Positions 24,069-35,656 of a stretch of DNA of 40,542 nt are shown in pieces. Both the position numbers and the translations under genes were made by a program. Below the pieces are notes generated by a model that made no database searches, was not told the origin of the DNA, and saw only the letters and a list, made by a program, of their open reading frames with translations. The DNA is from Macrostomum lignano. Its lineage: Eukaryota. Every line of letters starts with the position of its first letter. Within the stretch, counting starts at the first letter, position 1. The stretch is from NCBI GenBank assembly GCA_002269645.1, contig NIVC01004612.1, positions 1 to 40,542 on the forward strand, in the 5' to 3' direction.

Positions 24069-26070
24069 ATGGCATGGCATGCTATTCTCAAACTTTTGCA
24101 AGACTCGGTTCCATTGAACGTCGGAGGACACGAACACGAAGGTAGCACTAATGAAGAGGGGGGTGAGGTCGCCTTCGATGAATTAGACGATTTCGATTTC
24201 GAGGGCGACTGGCCGTCCTGTAATTCTGAGACCGAGAGTCCGCCAACAAGTGATGACGAGGATGATGAGGCAAGTCATGACGCTCCGGAGGTGCAGAAAG
24301 ATGGGTCAAGGGAGATGGAGCTCATTTTCGAATTGCTTTATTTCATGACTCATTTCGGGATCAGCAAGCGTGCCATGGAGTTTTGTCTTCTGATGTGGGC
24401 CAAGCGAGGGTATGCCGTGCCTCGATCTGTCCCAGGACTTCGGAAGTTTAGCCAGCAGACGTCCAGCTTTGATTGCGTGGCAGTTCCTAATGGGAAGTTT
24501 GGATACTGTGGAATTCTGGACAACATTAAATTTTGTGTTCAGCGAGGCATGTTGCTGCTGGGTGAGGTACAGAATCGTTTAACGATTTTCGTGAATTTTG
24601 ATTTCCAAGGTTGGGCTTTGGCCTATCCTTATGACTATTAGCGGTTGTTCGTATTCGATCCCACTCCCTGTTGCTGTCTTTTGTGGATATGGCAAGCCGC
24701 CTCTTGAGACCTACTTAGCTGCTTTTGTTGACGAGTTGCACCATCTTATGACTAATTTTGTAAGTATCGGCAACCAATTTGTTAAAATTGGGCATTGCAT
24801 AATTATTGCTGATGCGCCGGCAAGGGCTTTTTTACCATGGATGAATGAATAGAATGGATTGCTATTCTGGCTCTGGCTATTTTCGTTTTTGACTCTTTTG
24901 CATCCGGTTCCCCCCCGTGCCTTTTCATTGGTTGATGATTGCCATAGACAATTTCGCTCGTGTTTTGAAATAAAGGGGGAAGACCTACGAGCGCTCGATA
25001 TTCTCTGCAAGTAACTGACATTCTCAGTTCTTTGCGCTTGTGCATCGAAAGAAAGGGGCGAAGGCCGAAAATTGTCTATGGCAATCATCAACCAATGAAA
25101 AGGCACGGGGGGGAACCGGATGCAAAAGAGTCAAAAACGAAAATAGCCAGAGCCAGAATAGCAATCCATTCTATTCATTCATCCATGTTTTTTACTCGCT
25201 ATTTTATCTCATTCTGCTAAACTTGCGTGTGGCTACTGCAGAATTGAGGGGCATTTTTTGGCTGGAAGAATGTGCTTTCTGTATCAGCAGTGTGAAGCCC
25301 ATACTAATCGTGCATACATAGCCTTCCAGGAGAACAACCAAACATTAATGTCTCCATTTTTGGGTCTTATTGATTTTGTACGCGATGTTCCACCCGAGTA
25401 TATGCACTCAATTTTGCTTGGTATATTCAAGCGCATGTGCACGTACATTTTTTCTCACGTTAAAGGGGTTCGTTTGCGTTGCCAACTATCTTTAGCTCAG
25501 TGGGAACAATTTTTAAAGCTTATTGGCACAGTCGCCAAGTGTCTTCCTCGCAAATTCTATCACAAGCTTCGAGATCTGCGTGAATTTGAAAATTACAAGG
25601 CGGCCGAATTTCTTACTTTGTTCATTTATCTCGCACCTGTTGTTTTTAAGCATTTTCTTCCTACCGATTTCTTTGATCACTTGATGCTCTTGAACTTTGC
25701 AACCTACTGCTTTGTATCAAAAGAGTACCATGATATCCATTTTGCCCCGGCCTCTGCATGTTTAGATTGTTTTTTTCAGCAAGCTGAGGCATTGTATGAC
25801 TTTAAGCTACAATCATACAACACGCATCTCCTGCAGCACCTTGCATTTTTTGTCCGGCTTTATGGGCCAATGGATGAGTGGTCATCGTTCCCATTTGAGA
25901 ATTATAATTCAATTTTGAAGCGGCGCATTCATTCCACGCGGAAAGTTTTTGAACATGCAGTCAATACGATGTCAGTTATTTGGGATGTTTTTCCCGTGTT
26001 TCAGCTGAGCAACAATTTTTTTCTGCTTCATCCCCGGACAACTGTTGCATTCTGGGTCACAGCCAAATAA
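24069..26070 (+). pseudogene. EnSpm/CACTA-type DDE transposase, disrupted
   Basis: IFVNFD..WPIL..AVFCG.GKP..FVDEL..IADAPARAFL|LAILSHSAKLACGYC..EYMHSILLG..YKAAEF..YNTHLLQHL..YGPMDEWSSFPFENYN. Small deletion with frameshift near 24600 and MITE insertion at 24836. Confidence 0.9.
24836..25187. mobile_element. 352-bp MITE with perfect 119-bp TIRs and 8-bp TSD (hAT-like TSD length)
   Basis: TIRs 24836-24954/25069-25187 starting CATGGATGAATG; TSD TTTTTTAC at 24828-24835 and 25188-25195; excision restores ARAFLLAILSH. Confidence 0.95.
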
Positions 26071-27436
26071 TAAGAATTACGTATGTTTCATCTACTAATG
26101 CAGTTTACGGTCAGGTTTTTCAGTTTTTCCAAGATCTCTATATTTCTCCATACAGGTCACTTGAAATTCAAATTGGTATTTACTAACTTTCATCCTGGTA
26201 TGTTTGGAATGTTCGGCCGAAGCGCAAGTAGCAGTGAGTTTGGTAGCAGTGAGTTTGTAATTATCCCGTTTTGCAACTAACTTTGCCTTTGTTCCACTAC
26301 TGTTAATTCCTGATGTGTCCCTATATTTATGGCGGATTCATTTAGTTGCTGCTTGATTTGTGAATGATATTGTTTAATGCTGCACCAATTTTGTTAGTTT
26401 AAGTGCTACACCAACTTTAATTTTTTTTAATGCTACACTAATTTTACTTGTTTAAATGCTACACCAGACTTGGCAGATTCTGTCATCAAATTGTGCAAGT
26501 GTCTAAGAGCTGTTGATTGACAGCACGTTTTTGTGTACAAACTTTCTGTCTATTCCTTCCTAATTTCTTGTGACTTCTGCGTCTAAATGTTTTGTGTTTT
26601 GTAGTTTTGTGTCATAAAATATGCTCTTGTTATTGCTCAGTGTATTTTTTGTTATTCCATTTTGTGTGGCCAATGTTAACTTGACTTTTTCATGTTGCAT
26701 TTTGACTTTTATGTTTGTGCAATTATAAGCAAATAAAATTAATTAAAGCAGTTATCGTCTGGTTGGTTACACCCTGAAAACCTGTTTGTTACAAATGGTT
26801 GTTTTATTTAAATGGATCATAATAGTTGGTTTGTTGTTAACATTCAATTTAACATTATAGTGGATGATATCTACAGTATAAAAGACAGTAGCATACTACA
26901 TATAGTATGAAATAATATGCAAAACGATGTCAATACAATCTGCTTACGACGTTGAATTCATACTGAAATCTTAGGTTGCAACGACATTGTTGAACCAGAA
27001 ACTTAGTAACCTTTGAAACAACACAGAAAAACAACGTTGTTACAATGTGATATTTCCCAGTGGGTTTTAGTTATTTGTTATTTGTCAACTTGTTAAAGAT
27101 CATTGATGTTTAGATTTGACCATTGACCAAGCTATACCAAGCACTAAAATCCTATATTGAAAATAGACTTGGCATAGTAGCAGGCCAAGAAAGTATGATC
27201 AAAATTTCTTTAGCTGCGGCCCAGGATGGAATTTTTGTACAAAATTGAAGTCGATTTGGCTCCCGCTCGTGCAAGATGGCTCCCCTAAGGCTAATACATT
27301 CATTTTTTGGATTTCCCTAGCGCGTTTCGGATTCCCGCCCCCATAGACCATAGAATATATGTATATTGATCACGAACGACCCTCGTGATAGATTTCCTCG
27401 TTAGATTGTACATACCATAGATAGCCAATTATAATC

Positions 27437-29100
27437 GAGAGCCGAATTGACACACTACGGCTTATGGGAGCCAAATTGCACGAGCCATTGATTCTTATGG
27501 GAGCCGTTTTGACATACTGATCCTTATGGGAGTTGTTTTGACATACTGCGACTTATGGGAGCCATTTTGACACACTGTTGCTTATGGGAGCCGTTTTGAC
27601 ACACTGTTGCTTATGGGAGCCGTTTTGCACGAGCACTTTTGATACATAGATTCTTATGGGAGCCGTTTTGACACACTGTTGCTTATGGGAGCCGTTTTGA
27701 CACACTGTTGCTTATGGGAGCCGTTTTGACACACTGTTGCTTATGGGAGCCGTTTTGACACACTGTTGCTTATGGGAGCCGTTTTGACACACTGTTGCTT
27801 ATGGGAGCCATTTTGCACGAGCACCTTTGATACATAGATTCTTATGGGAGCCATTTTGACACACTGCGGCTTATGGGAGCCGTTTTGACACACTGCGGCT
27901 TATGGGAGCCGTTTTGCATGAGCACTTTTGATACATAGATTCTTATGGGAGCCGTTTTGACACACTGTTGCTTATGGGAGCCGTTTTGACACACTGTTGC
28001 TTATGGGAGCCGTTTTGACACACTGTTGCTTATGGGAGCCATTTTGCACGAGCACTTTTGATACATAGATTCTTATGGGAGCCGTTTTGACACACTGCGG
28101 CTTATGGGAGCCGTTTTGCCACACTGCGGCTTATGGGAGCCGTTTTGCATGAGCACTTTTGATACATAGATTCTTATGGGAGCCGTTTTGACACACTGTT
28201 GCTTATGGGAGCCGTTTTGACACACTGTTGCTTATGGGAGCCGTTTTGACACACTGTTGCTTATGGGAGCCGTTTTGACACACTGTTGCTTATGGGAGCC
28301 ATTTTGCACGAGCACTTTTGATACATAGATTCTTATGGGAGCCGTTTTGACACACTGCGGCTTATGGGAGCCGTTTTGCCACACTGCGGCTTATGGGAGC
28401 CGTTTTGCACGAGCACTTTTGATACATAGATTCTTATGGGAGCCGTTTTGACACACTGTTGCTTATGGGAGCCGTTTTGACACACTGTTGCTTATGGGAG
28501 CCGTTTTGACACACTGTTGCTTATGGGAGCCATTTTGCACGAGCACTTTTGATACATAGATTCTTATGGGAGCCATTTTGACACACTGCGGCTTATGGGA
28601 GCCGTTTTGACACACTGCGGCTTATGGGAGCCGTTTTGCATGAGCACTTTTGATACATAGATTCTTATGGGAGCCGTTTTGACACACTGTTGCTTATGGG
28701 AGCCGTTTTGACACACTGTTGCTTATGGGAGCAGTTTTGACATACTGGTTCTTATGGGAGCCGTTTTGCATGAGCACTTTTGATACATAGATTCTTATGG
28801 GAGCCATTTTGACACACTGCGGCTTATGGGAGAAGTTTTGACACACTGTGGCTTATGGGAGCCATTTTGCACGAGCACTTTTGATACATAGATTCTTATG
28901 GGAGCCATTTTGACACACTGCGGCTTATGAGAGCCAAATTGCACGAGCCATTGATTCTTATGGGAGCTGTTTTGACACACTGCGGCTTATGGGAGCCGTT
29001 TTGCATGAGCACTTTTGATACATAGATTCTTATGGGAGCCATTTTGACACACTGTGGCTTATGAGAGCCGTTTTGCAGGAGCACTTTTGACACACTGTTA
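27437..29100. repeat. Higher-order satellite of 29-bp and 43-bp units (cttatgggagcc core)
   Basis: 29-bp A (cttatgggagccgttttgacacactgttg), 29-bp A' (ending gcgg) and 43-bp B units arranged (A)n-B-A'A'-B with n=5,3,4,3,3; 33-bp variants at 27461 and 28924. Confidence 0.97.
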
Positions 29101-29549
29101 GTCAGACTGGAATTTTTTCATCTGAAGCAAAGAGTAAAAGCATTTCTGACAGTTCAAGCTTACTGGAGCCAATCTGCACAACTAAACTCAGCATATGGGG
29201 CGTATGAGAGCCGAATCGCATGAATGATTTTACCATAGACAGTTGAACGAAGTAGAATCGCGTAGATGGGTTACTAACGCAATTTGGTCGAAATCGAATC
29301 AGTCTATAGTGCATCTATATAATTAGCAATATCTGTTAACGATCAGACACGGCGACCTGTACAAAAGCGGTCTCAGTTAGGCGTGTTGGCCATAGACATA
29401 AAATATATATCGCGCGTTTCGTCGGTTATTTTAAACGATTAGCTCGGCAAATATAGAATTCTTCCCCTACTACGTCTTTTACACACTGAGCTTCTCAGTT
29501 AAATTTTATTACAAATTTACAAATTTATACATCTTCTTATCGAATTAAA

Positions 29550-31576
29550 ATGGCCGACGCTGTTATGACTGCTTGTCCGATTTGTGGCATGTTGATCTCT
29601 AATAAGAACATGGCCAGGCATATCGCCAAGCAACATAGTAATTATGTCGACGAATTCAATTGGAGCACTGTCGTCGAGCCTCAGCGACCGGCTGTTGATG
29701 CGCCGATTATACTCAAAGCGAAGGCAATTTGGCACTCGTTGCGAGTACGGCAGCAACCAGCTGGACAGCTTAACAAGCGACCATGTCCTGATTGTGGCAA
29801 GTATGTCAAACAATTGACAAGACATCTTGCCCATACATGTGCCCAAAGAAGACGTCGTCATCCAATTGTCGGACAAACCTGTCAAGCGCCTGGTGCGACG
29901 AGCGCATGCTTATCGGAGGCAAACTTGCATCGGACTGTTAACTGCCTGTCGTCAGTTTATCCGCTGGTCCATCTACAAGTGGTTTACTCGACGGTGTAGA
30001 CGTTGGACCAAGCAGTGATTCCAATTTTCAAACTGCGACCAAGACAGTCAACAGTGAACGCAGCCGCGCTCAAACGGTGACCCCGGCATCGAACACCGAA
30101 CGTCAATCGGCAGCTAAGTTCGCAACCGGGCCGACCAATGCCGCGCCTGAGCATGTTAGACCGTGTGTCGTCGAATCTGTCGACGAGTTGTACAACCAAG
30201 TCGAACAGAGACCATCTGGCGACGACCATGTTCATCCATCGTCTAACAATGATTCGGTCGGCAACAGCATCGCCGATGCGACAATTCGAAAGGCGCGCCA
30301 ATTCCAAGGTAATAATAATTAATCATTAAATTCTTCTATATTAGTAGATAGTATCGCACAATATTATTGTATACTTATCGACGTGTACCAATTACATAGT
30401 TAATGGATATTGTTTTATGCTTAAACAACCAACAGGCTATTTGACTGATCTGCAAAAAACAGCTAGTCAACTTGACAGGCTTGCAGAACAGCTTCGTCCA
30501 GACATGGAGACTAGCGACGTAGACATTGTCGATGTGACACGTGTACTCCGTGGTCACGTCGAATTGGCGTCTAAACAGCTGGTCCGTGCACTCGAGACGA
30601 GCATCAGTCAGGTCAAGCGTCCTGCTATCGATAGACTGGCCAGCGCGGTACAACGGCACCAAGAAGTAGGAGAAGAGATCGCGGTTGGTAACGTCGTCGC
30701 GACATCAGACGACGAGATTGTTGCCAGCTTATTGGACGCGATCGAACAGTGTGCCAAGGACAATGAAACTGCAGATTCTGAGCAGCAAGGCAGAGTCATT
30801 GTCGTACCAGCGCCGCCTGACAACGACCAAGCCGCCGACGTGTCGTCTGGTTCCGATGCCGACATTCAGGACGAAGCGGATGACAATGCGGGTGGTTCCG
30901 ACAGCAGTGTGAGCGAGACTGATGATCCACTTGCCGTGATCGACTATGGTGAAGCACAGTCTATCGCCGAGGACATGACTAAGCGACTTGTCGATATTTG
31001 GTGGAAAATTAATAACAAGATCGAAGAAAACAAGTCGCATGTCCATCGTCGGAAACAACTGACCACTGCGGTTCGAGGAACGCTTGCCAAATTAAAACAT
31101 AAGCTGGGTGTCAGTCTGGAGACTTGGTTAAATGCTCCGCACCAAGTTGCCACAGATTTGACAGAGATGAAAACCCGCGGTGTCTGGCAAGCAAGTACCG
31201 CCGGAGTAAAAGCATGCCAATTACAGTGCATCCTAGCCGCAGTCAAGACTTTATTGGAAAATGAGTCTGATTTCGGTGCCATCACTGTAATTAGGGCACT
31301 CCGGTTATCGGAACCACCCAACGGCGTATTCACTGGCGCAGCGGATGACGTCACTACCGCGGCCAGACTATTACATGGAATAGCCAGCGGAGTAAAGAAG
31401 TTGTCCAGCAATCTATACCATCGAAAGACAGTGTCTGCGTTTCTAATACCTCGAATCGATGCTGTCTACGTAAGTACCTGTTTGTTTGTTTGTTTGTTTG
31501 CTTGATTATATTTTTGAAATTATAATCTATATTATGTGTAGATTAGAACTATAAACTATGATTGTGCATATGATGG

Positions 31577-31646
<70 letters not shown>

Positions 31647-33579
31647 AAGAACGATAATGATGATAATGATGATACATAAAGATTAATTTTTGCTTCTCTT
31701 ATAATACACACAGGCGCAACTCGGACGGGTCAGCCGACAACAGGACAATCGGTACCATCTAAATGATGATGCGCGACAACAAAAATACACCGAGTTGTTC
31801 CTGACTGTCGAAGAGTATGACCTCGTAAGAAACAGGCTACTGGAATTGGTCAATATGATCGAGAAACATTCCTGGTCAGATTTACCAACAGAAGGTACCT
31901 GGTCCGACATTGCGCGGCTGGTCAATCAAACGAATTCTCCGCGAGGAAGATGGCGCGATTTCATAATGCCAATCAGTCGCGAGCTGGCATTCTTGGGCAC
32001 TGCAATATTCCATAGCAATCGTGTATTGCCGTGGATTTATCTGTGTCGGCATCACCTCGAAGACGCGTTAAAAAACAAAGGCTCCAGTATGGATACCGTC
32101 ATAACGCGATTACCACCTAGCGAGGTGCCACACAAGCAAGGTTCGCGAGGCCGTGGCGCAACACTGTTGTCACCGAGACGATTGTGTCAATCGTTCATTC
32201 TATGGTGCGAAAAGTTTGTCACGCCTGCGCTCGAAGACCTAGATGTGCAAGTGCCCGATGAAATGCAATATATCTTCCCTACTTCCAACGGGACGGCTCG
32301 AGTCACTGGTGACTATTCGAGGCTCGTGGTCGACGGTTCGGTTCGAGTGATTGGTCGCAAATACCGAGCCAGCGATGGACGGCGCAATCAATTGTCTGCG
32401 TATGCGCGTTTTCATCCGGACCAGATCGAACAGGTGACGCATTTGTACGACACTTCGAAGCCTGTTGTCACCCGGTACTACGCCGCCGCAGCAATTGACG
32501 CAGCCCGACTCGAAGTTGCTACCGACTTGAGGGACTGTTTCGAAAAGTTCGCTGTCAACCAAACTGGTGACGAGCGGAGCAAATCGAAATGCGCAAAAGT
32601 CCAACAGTCCATCTTGGATGCGTCGACGCTTGCGACAGCAATCGAGCAGCAGACCAGTGAGTCGGTGACGAAGACGACGACGACAACGGGAAGCAGACGA
32701 CGACGACGACGAAGCGTTAGCATCGTATTGCCAGAGCAGCACGATCAAGCCGACGTTGATACTGCACCGACTAAGACGTCTGGCAAATGTCGCCGCTCTC
32801 AGTCGCTGTCGCCGCGTCCACCATCGTCCGACAAATGTCGCCTCTCTAAATCGCCGTCGCCGCGTCCGCCATCGTCCAGCAAAGTTCGCTCATTACCGCC
32901 GTCTCCGCGCTCGCCGTCGTCTGGTAAGAGTCGTCTGAAATCAAACTCTCACCAGCTGGCGTCGACATTGTCATCGTCGTCGAGCAGAATGTCGCGATCC
33001 AAGTCGCCACATTCGCCACCAACAAAAAAACGACGCGGTATTATCAATTTGCCGAACGTCGATCTAGACGCCGACGATGATGACGATGCTGACGAAGACG
33101 CCGATGACGACGGGGCAACAACTGGCTGTCAAAGAAGCGATGACGCGACTCATACGCCAAATGTACAGACTAGCCATCGCCGCCGCTGTGACAACCGATC
33201 TGTACCTAAATCGGGGTCGTTGCTCTCCTCTGTACGTACACGCATTGGATCGAGCGTACCTGCCGATTTAAGTCGATTGGCTGCTGCTAACGATGATGCT
33301 GACGATCGGCGATTAGTCCAGACGCGGTCGGAGCGGCGCACTCGTTTGTCTGGTACATCGACTGACAGTGCTACGTCTTCAGTGGCTGTTAATCAGTCGA
33401 TTGCTGCGACATCGAATGTGCGATCATCGAGCAGGCGACGCAGATTGATGCAATTGACTGCGTTGCGACTGGATCGCGTGGGGGTCGACCGGATCAACAG
33501 CAACCGCAACAACACAGGAGCTGTATTGTCACCCGATCAGGTCGTGTCGTTCGGCGCACAAAGATGCTTGATTAAGTAA
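29550..33579 (+). CDS. Three-exon zinc-finger plus tyrosine recombinase (Crypton-like) gene, ~1219 aa, one 1-bp frameshift near 29945
   Basis: Exons 29550-30308, 30436-31469 and 31714-33579 join in phase through GT-AG introns. N-terminal CxxC..H fingers; YR-like motifs HSNR (32011-22), HKQ (32131), IFPTSNG, SDGRR (32371), LYDTS..TRYY (32443-81); S/R-rich tail with PPTKKRRG. Confidence 0.7.
30309..30435 (+). other. Predicted intron 1 of the YR gene (127 bp, phase 1)
   Basis: caag|GTAATA ... ccaacAG|gc; the join reads FQ-G-YLTD in frame. Confidence 0.75.
31470..31713 (+). other. Predicted intron 2 of the YR gene (244 bp, phase 0), containing (GAT)n at 31571-31673
   Basis: tac|GTAAGT ... acacAG|gcg; the join is open into ORF 31795. 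Confidence 0.8.
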
Positions 33580-35134
33580 AATATCGATTTATATCTATTT
33601 TTTTACCGATTACGCCACATCACAATGGTTGTGTCCAACACAAACAAGGAGGTAATTAGTAATTATTTCTTAGAAAAACAAATCAAGCTTCGACCATGTG
33701 AAACGAAATCGAAACTTATCATCAAGCCTCACTCAGTTGTAGACGCAACCATATGTGAATGAATATATGTAGCACAACTGTACATAAAATTATGCGCGCA
33801 CACGTGTATATATATGCATAGATGTATGTGCGTTTTCATGTCACTGATTCTTACATGAACCATTTGTGTATATAGATGGTGATTATTAATGTGATTATTA
33901 GTGTGTTTATTATTGTTGAATTATTGCAATGTAAATAGTATAGAGCGATTTAGCTTGATTGTGTGCGTTTCATACACCAAGATAATATCGAGCGCATTCT
34001 AACTAATATATTAATAACAGTCTATCTAATAATGCAATATGCAAGCGAGAAGCGAGACCAATCGATTGGCTGGTGGATTGTTAATTACAAAAAAATATCG
34101 CGCTCGATATCATCTTGTTTTTCTTTTCTTTTTAATTACTATTAAAAGCGATAGATCTACCTGTTGTTCTATCTATATTAATAAAGCTTTTTGGTCAGAA
34201 AAATATATTTCTATGTTAATTTGTGCTCGATAATACCTAATTTCCTAAGAAATGAGGTTTCTCGTCCTTCTACTTAAGTCGTCATTAAGTTCACCATGGC
34301 AACAGGTAACAAGTCTGTAAAAATACATTTTCATGTAAAAAAAAACAGTATAGATATCAGGGATATGAAATAATTAATTTCGATGTTTACTATTCTATCT
34401 TGACACTAAAATTCCAACAGAAAAATTTTGTTAATACGGGTGTTACATGTTCCTCAATTCTTTTCGAATTTTTACGATTACATTTGGCTTAAAAGCTAAA
34501 GTTGTTCAATAGATTTTAAATAACAGGTCCGTCCATGGATAATAATTATAATAAGCCGTTGTTAATTTTTACACTTGTTTTATTTGTGCGCATAATTGAT
34601 TATTAGATAAAGCAAGTGACAATACATTTCACTATTAATCGTAGTTGTCGAATCTAAAGTCAGCAATTAATTAAGACTAAATACAAGTAATTATATTTCA
34701 ATTGCATTGTACCTTATGGTTTGTTTGACACTTTGTTCTAAGAGAATTTACCTATGCTCTAAATACTAATTGGAATGAATTGTAATTGGCACAGTTAAAC
34801 AGTTCACACGGTGCTACCATAGTCGGAAAATTGCTTAAAAAATTCACCGGAAAAGTTATTTGTCACAATTGATACTCGAATTAGTAAGGATTCCTTAGAA
34901 GAAAAAATAAAAATCGTAGTTGTTCGTTTTAGCTCAAAAAGTGCTATTTTCAGTTTTTACCATAGACGAATTAATAAAAAAGCGAAGTATCACCGTACTG
35001 TTTAGAAAACAATTCGATTGAGTCTAGGATCAAATGCAAGCATTAAAAAACATGTTACTGATATTCATCAATGATTGGTTGATGCCTAAAAGCTACACAT
35101 TTGACTTGGATGGGCCTACCACAAGAGAGTCTTA

Positions 35135-35264
35135 AGGCCCATTCACACCGCCATCAAACGAGACCAAATTTCAAGTGATCACACGACATGTGCATAGTTT
35201 TTCATCCCTTTGTACGTAAGTCATTTGAGTTGGTTGCTTGTTTGATGGCGTTGTGAATGAGCTT
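35135..35264. mobile_element. 130-bp Tourist-like (PIF/Harbinger) MITE nested in the Chapaev 5' region
   Basis: Ends aggcccattcacaccgccatcaaac / gtttgatggcgttgtgaatgagctt; TTA on both flanks (35132-34, 35265-67). Confidence 0.7.
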
Positions 35265-35656
35265 TTATACTCGTACTCACCCTGTTCGGATGAGTCACTG
35301 GTTCAGATCCACCCAGCCCGCCCAGACCCAAAGCTTTATCCTCAGCCAATCCCTCCACCATTCTAAATACGTAGGTAAGCACTCGTACGCTGTGGCTTGC
35401 TCTCTCTCTTCCTGAGCTGTACATACAAAGTATGATATTGTACATTGGTGTGTGCTCTTTGCACCAAGCACTCGCCGAACCACCCTCAGTCTTGTAATGC
35501 CATCGTGCTCATTTATGTTTTTCATCAATATAAACGTCAAACCTCAAACGTAAGGAGGTCCCGTCTGAGGAGGTTTTGTTGTCCAACTCTGTCTAAAAAT
35601 GTTTCATCTAAACATTTAGTTGCAACGATTGTGCTTGCGTGTACACAGTTTTTGTC

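Larger units (their letters stand above)
21115..27064 (+). mobile_element. EnSpm/CACTA (CMC superfamily) DNA transposon, 5950 bp including nested insertion
   Basis: 11-bp TIR CCCACTGGGAA (21115-21125/27054-27064), TT flanks on both sides, subterminal acgacgt/acaacgtt motifs, accessory gene plus transposase inside. Confidence 0.9.

Noticed and set aside
28795-29093. ORFs within the satellite
   Set aside because: Repeat-derived open frames with no evidence of coding.
27437-29100. CRISPR-like array
   Set aside because: The inter-repeat segments are themselves repeated (no unique spacers), there are no cas genes, and the context is eukaryotic; it is a satellite.
30608-33341. Minus-strand ORFs overlapping the YR and Chapaev genes (also 35666-37728)
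   Set aside because: Antisense shadows of GC-rich plus-strand coding sequence.
33985-34110. 11-bp inverted repeat (atatcgagcgc) and nearby short hairpins as the YR element right end; also ccatagac/gtctatag at 29233-29309
   Set aside because: Too short to be significant, and no matching structure at the other side of the gene.
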